64,000 nucleotides of DNA from the NCBI GenBank assembly GCA_021163155.1, contig JAGGXI010000038.1:7731-71730 (forward strand). The letters run 5' to 3'. The stretch comes from Candidatus Aerophobota bacterium. GTDB lineage: Bacteria; Aerophobota; Aerophobia; Aerophobales; JAGGXI01. A program made the position numbers and the translations under genes. The notes under the pieces were generated by a model. That model was not told where the DNA came from, ran no database searches, and was given only the letters and a program-made list of their open reading frames with translations. Numbering within the stretch: the first letter of the stretch is position 1; every line of letters starts with the position of its first letter. Positions 60,591 through 64,000 of this stretch are shown here, piece by piece.

Positions 60591-61823
60591 ATGGCTATTT
60601 ATAGTTATATAGCTATAGACCATAATGGGAAAAGAAAAAAGGAAATGATTGATGCAGAGAACGAAAGAACAGTAATCGCTCAACTGAGAATGCAAAAATT
60701 AATCCCTCTTTCTATAAAAAAGAGAAACAAACTTTCCGTTTCTCTCACTAAAAAATCGAGTTCTGGAATGGCGATCTTTAAACCTCGTATAAAAGGGAAA
60801 GATATAATTATTTTTTTCCGCCAATTTGCAACCCTTATTAATGCTGGGCTTCCCATGGTCCAAGCACTTGATATTATGATTAACCAGACCCAGAACACAA
60901 CTTTAAAAACCATAGCAGGGGAGGTAAAAAAAGATGTAGAGGCAGGAATATCCTTATCTGAAGCCTTATCTAAACATTCTAAAATTTTTTCTTCTCTTTC
61001 TCAAAATATGATAAAGGCAGGAGAAATGGGAGGAGTTATCGATGTAGTTCTTCTCCGATTAGCTGATTATTTAGAATATACAGAAAGTATAAAACGACGA
61101 ATGAGCTCTGCTATGCGTTATCCTATTTTCGTTCTCTTTATGGCTGGTGGACTTATTGGGATTCTCCTCTTTATTGTTCTTCCTAAAATGGAGGTTCTTT
61201 TTAAAGAATCCCTTCATACTAAACTTCCCGCACTTACTCAATTTATACTTACATTATCAAATGTAGCCAAGCAAAAATTTTACTTTATTTTCCTTATTGT
61301 TGGTATTATTTTACTTTTCTATTATTTTATTAAAAAATCAGTGAGAGGAAGCTATATTTTGGATAAAATCAAGCTAAAGCTTCCTGTGATAGGAAAATTA
61401 TTTCATGAAATTGCCTTATCGAGATTTGCGAGAACACTGGCTACTTTATCTGATAGTGGAGTCCCTATACTCGATTCTATAGAAATGACAGGAAAAATGA
61501 GTGAGAATAAATTCATCGAAAAAGCAACTATGGAGGCGAAATCCTCTTTGAAGGAAGGAGAAACATTATCTGCTCCCTTACGGAAATACACAGTATTTCC
61601 CCCTATGGTAACAAGTATGATTTCTGTAGGTGAAAAGACGGGAGCGCTTGATGAGATGCTTAATAAGATTGCCGATTTTTACGACCGAGAAGTAGAGGTA
61701 ATGGTGAATTCTTTAGCCAGTTTAATAGAACCACTCTTAATAATCTTTTTAGGAGCAACAGTGGGAATAGTAGTAGTAGCTATGTATCTTCCTTATTTTA
61801 CTATGTTTCAACACATTGGCTAA
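60591..61823 (+). CDS. gspF: type II secretion system F / type IV pilus platform protein (GspF/PilC)
   Basis: The 410-aa product has two T2SSF repeats and 3 TM helices. Confidence 0.9.
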   Translation: MAIYSYIAIDHNGKRKKEMIDAENERTVIAQLRMQKLIPLSIKKRNKLSVSLTKKSSSGMAIFKPRIKGKDIIIFFRQFATLINAGLPMVQALDIMINQTQNTTLKTIAGEVKKDVEAGISLSEALSKHSKIFSSLSQNMIKAGEMGGVIDVVLLRLADYLEYTESIKRRMSSAMRYPIFVLFMAGGLIGILLFIVLPKMEVLFKESLHTKLPALTQFILTLSNVAKQKFYFIFLIVGIILLFYYFIKKSVRGSYILDKIKLKLPVIGKLFHEIALSRFARTLATLSDSGVPILDSIEMTGKMSENKFIEKATMEAKSSLKEGETLSAPLRKYTVFPPMVTSMISVGEKTGALDEMLNKIADFYDREVEVMVNSLASLIEPLLIIFLGATVGIVVVAMYLPYFTMFQHIG

Positions 61824-64000
61824 CACAGAGGAGAAAAAGATAGAGAAGAAAACTTCTTATATCGATTTATCCCTTAAGATCGGACTTATAGAATTATTCT
61901 TTCTTACCCCTCTTATTTTTTATGCCTGGGCAACCACATTCACCGTCACTAAAAATACGGTAGCAGAAATTATTATTCTTACCCTCACCGCTTTATGGGT
62001 AATTAACCTTATAGAGGGAAAAAATTACCCTTCTCTTAAATTTCCCTTAAGTTTACCTATACTCTCTTTTTTGGTAGTTATCTTGATCTCTTTATTCCAA
62101 ACTCATACTTATTATACCTCCTTTTTAGACCTTGCTCGATGGAGTAGCTATATCCTTGTTTACTTTATTATCACTTCTTGTTTAAGGAGAAAAAAATGGA
62201 TAAAGGTACTGCTCATCGCTGTTCTCTCGGCCTCTTTCATCGCCTCATCTTATGCTATTTTTCAGTTTTACGGAATCGATTTCCCTTTCTGGAAGAAGCT
62301 CTCCGGAAGAATGCGTCTTTTCTCTACCTTTGGCAACCCAAATTATCTCTCTGGGTATTTAGCCGCCTGCCTTCCCATTGCTTTCACTTTTTTTTGTTTA
62401 TCTAAAAAAAGATTATTTTTAGGGATTATTATAGTCATTCTTTATACAGGAGTATTAATAACCAATATTGGAGGATGCATCGCTCTCTTTGGAGCAGCCA
62501 TTTTTATATTATTAACTCTTCTGATTTATAAGGAAAAAGTTTTTTTTAAAGATAACCACCTCTCTTTATTGCTGCTTATTCTTGCTTTTACAATAGTTAC
62601 CGCAATTTACTCCACTCATAATCCTTTAAATCCCAAAGGGAAAAATGTGATTGCAGAAGGGACAGCTTATACCAACTTTGGATATTCTTCTACCCAACAG
62701 CGTTTTTTAATCTGGCTCTCTACATATGAAATGATTAAAGAGCATCCCTTTCTTGGTTCTGGGGTAGGAACCTTTAGAATTCATTACCCCGCTGCCCAGG
62801 GAAAAATTCTCTCCCAAGAAAAAAATAGAAAATATATCCCCCAGGCAAATAAATCTATAAATGCTCACAACGATTATCTACATATATGGGTAGAAACAGG
62901 AATTATAGGCCTTCTCTGTTTTATCTGGATTATAGCTATCTTTTACAAAAAAACCTTCTTTTACCTTAAAAAAGTAAAAAAGGAAGAAAAATTTTTTTTA
63001 ATTGGCTTATCTGGGGGAGGAGTAGCTATCCTTATCCATGCTTTATTTAGCTTTCCCTTTCATATTATACAAAATGGTCTTCTTTTTTGGCTTTTCCTTT
63101 CTCTATCCACCTTAATAGGGGAGAAGAAGATTAAAGAGGAAGAAGAGGGGGGGAATAAGGAAAATAAGGATGGAGGAAAATTTATTATTTTAAAAAGAGC
63201 CATCCAAATAAGCGTAGTTCTTTTAGCCATTTCTTTAGGAATTTTAAGAGTAAAGCTCTTTATCGCTGATACTCACATAAAGATTGCAGAAATGATGATG
63301 AAGGAAAAAGCTTATCCCGCGGCGGCTTCTGAGTTAACCAAATCTTTAAAATTTGATAACCATAACGGATTAGCCTTTGCCAATCTGGGAGAGTGTTATG
63401 GATATTTAAAATTATACGATAAATCTTTTTACGCCCTAAAGAGAGCGGAAGTAAACTGGATATATCCTTATCTTTATAACAATTTAGGATGCTCTTATAT
63501 AGGTATGAAAAAATGGGATGAGGCTGAGAAAATGTTTAAAAAAAATATCTCGCTTTTCCCCAATTCTGCTAACGCTTATTTTAATTTGGGTAATCTCTTT
63601 CTTCTTAAGGCAAAGGAGGATATTCTTAATGAAAATACGAAACTGGCAAAAAAAAATTTAAATAAAGCTTTTATTCTTTATGAGCAGGGTAAGATTTTTA
63701 AGCATACTTTTCCTTTACCTTTAAGACTCGCTCAGGCTTATAATAAAGTAGGGGAAGGAGACTTAAAAGAGAAAGCTCCCTCACCTTTCTCTTTTTTTAC
63801 CCCTAAATCTTCTCCTTTCCTTGACATTCTTATTCCCTTAATAAAATGCGGTGGAGAAGGATGTTTTAGATTATTTTTTTATCTTCCCCCGCAGGAAAAC
63901 TATACTCCAAAAGCAAAGATAAATATAGAAATAGAGGATGAGGAAAAAAAATTGGTTGAAAATTTCACCCTAGAGAAAGAAATATTCCCTTTTAATAATA
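61816..64000 (+). CDS. O-antigen-ligase-like (Wzy_C) polytopic membrane protein fused to C-terminal TPR repeats; partial, continuing beyond the window
   Basis: A single frame is open from about 61816 to the window end. 'NAHNDYLHIWVETGIIGLL' is an O-antigen ligase motif and is followed by TPR-like repeats. It is missing from the ORF track because there is no stop codon. The start (TTG at 61816) is uncertain. Confidence 0.65.
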   Translation, partial: MANTEEKKIEKKTSYIDLSLKIGLIELFFLTPLIFYAWATTFTVTKNTVAEIIILTLTALWVINLIEGKNYPSLKFPLSLPILSFLVVILISLFQTHTYYTSFLDLARWSSYILVYFIITSCLRRKKWIKVLLIAVLSASFIASSYAIFQFYGIDFPFWKKLSGRMRLFSTFGNPNYLSGYLAACLPIAFTFFCLSKKRLFLGIIIVILYTGVLITNIGGCIALFGAAIFILLTLLIYKEKVFFKDNHLSLLLLILAFTIVTAIYSTHNPLNPKGKNVIAEGTAYTNFGYSSTQQRFLIWLSTYEMIKEHPFLGSGVGTFRIHYPAAQGKILSQEKNRKYIPQANKSINAHNDYLHIWVETGIIGLLCFIWIIAIFYKKTFFYLKKVKKEEKFFLIGLSGGGVAILIHALFSFPFHIIQNGLLFWLFLSLSTLIGEKKIKEEEEGGNKENKDGGKFIILKRAIQISVVLLAISLGILRVKLFIADTHIKIAEMMMKEKAYPAAASELTKSLKFDNHNGLAFANLGECYGYLKLYDKSFYALKRAEVNWIYPYLYNNLGCSYIGMKKWDEAEKMFKKNISLFPNSANAYFNLGNLFLLKAKEDILNENTKLAKKNLNKAFILYEQGKIFKHTFPLPLRLAQAYNKVGEGDLKEKAPSPFSFFTPKSSPFLDILIPLIKCGGEGCFRLFFYLPPQENYTPKAKINIEIEDEEKKLVENFTLEKEIFPFNN

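Overview
This is a 64 kb AT-rich (roughly 33-36% GC by eye) bacterial chromosomal segment. Gene content suggests an anaerobe, possibly from an uncultivated lineage, but the taxon cannot be determined from sequence alone. Coding density is high. I call about 63 protein genes and found no rRNA, tRNA, CRISPR array, transposase or integrase.

Gene content, in order along the window:
- A 2-oxoacid:ferredoxin oxidoreductase (korDABG-like) next to ADP-forming succinyl-CoA synthetase (sucCD) and a ferredoxin.
- A cyclic amidohydrolase (hydantoinase/allantoinase-like).
- A Dpp/Opp-type peptide ABC transporter interrupted by a conspicuously GC-rich M42 peptidase gene.
- Creatininase-family and isoaspartyl-peptidase/asparaginase genes.
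- A GntR-regulated catabolic island (18.2-31.7 kb). It encodes enolase, a YgeW/OTC-like carbamoyltransferase, glycerate 2-kinase, a split UxaA-type dehydratase, a LarA-like protein, a TRAP transporter, a DDAH/amidinotransferase-like hydrolase and a D-2-hydroxyacid dehydrogenase.
- On the minus strand, a pyrG - rnfA-like - rnfB-like - pyrD-like operon.
- Housekeeping genes: ispG, accD, metG, rsmA, mtnA-like, gatC, mreBCD, ppiD-like, yajC, tgt and queA.
- A small GC-richer accessory island (about 53.95-56.62 kb) carrying a HEPN/MNT toxin-antitoxin pair.
- gspE/pilB and gspF/pilC, then an O-antigen-ligase-like/TPR membrane protein that runs off the window end.

Three families of dispersed non-coding repeats are present:
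- Family A is a REP-like element with a GGGAGGCTAAAGCCTCCC hairpin core and 'cagattcggcaaactgttagag' arms, in about 11 copies.
- Family C is a roughly 100-bp element 'gagatttctagaaaagtcaaaaatctctgatttcgcagataaaa..attacacagat..gaggcctctggaggtttttcagaggcctc', in 5 copies.
- A 'GGGTCAGGTCTYCAA(..TTGACAT)' motif, in 4 copies, flanks the eamA gene in inverted orientation and flanks the accessory island in direct orientation.

The best candidate for a new system is the translationally coupled minus-strand operon XRE-HTH -> mini PglZ/alkaline-phosphatase-like protein -> MNT nucleotidyltransferase -> HEPN. It sits convergent to a GC-rich ORF that is interrupted by an in-frame stop and carries a HEPN-like Rx5H motif.

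Other notable features are promoter/operator modules repeated exactly between loci (GntR-type palindromes) and a GC-rich structured leader upstream of gspE.

All domain assignments come from motif recognition by eye. No database searches were run.
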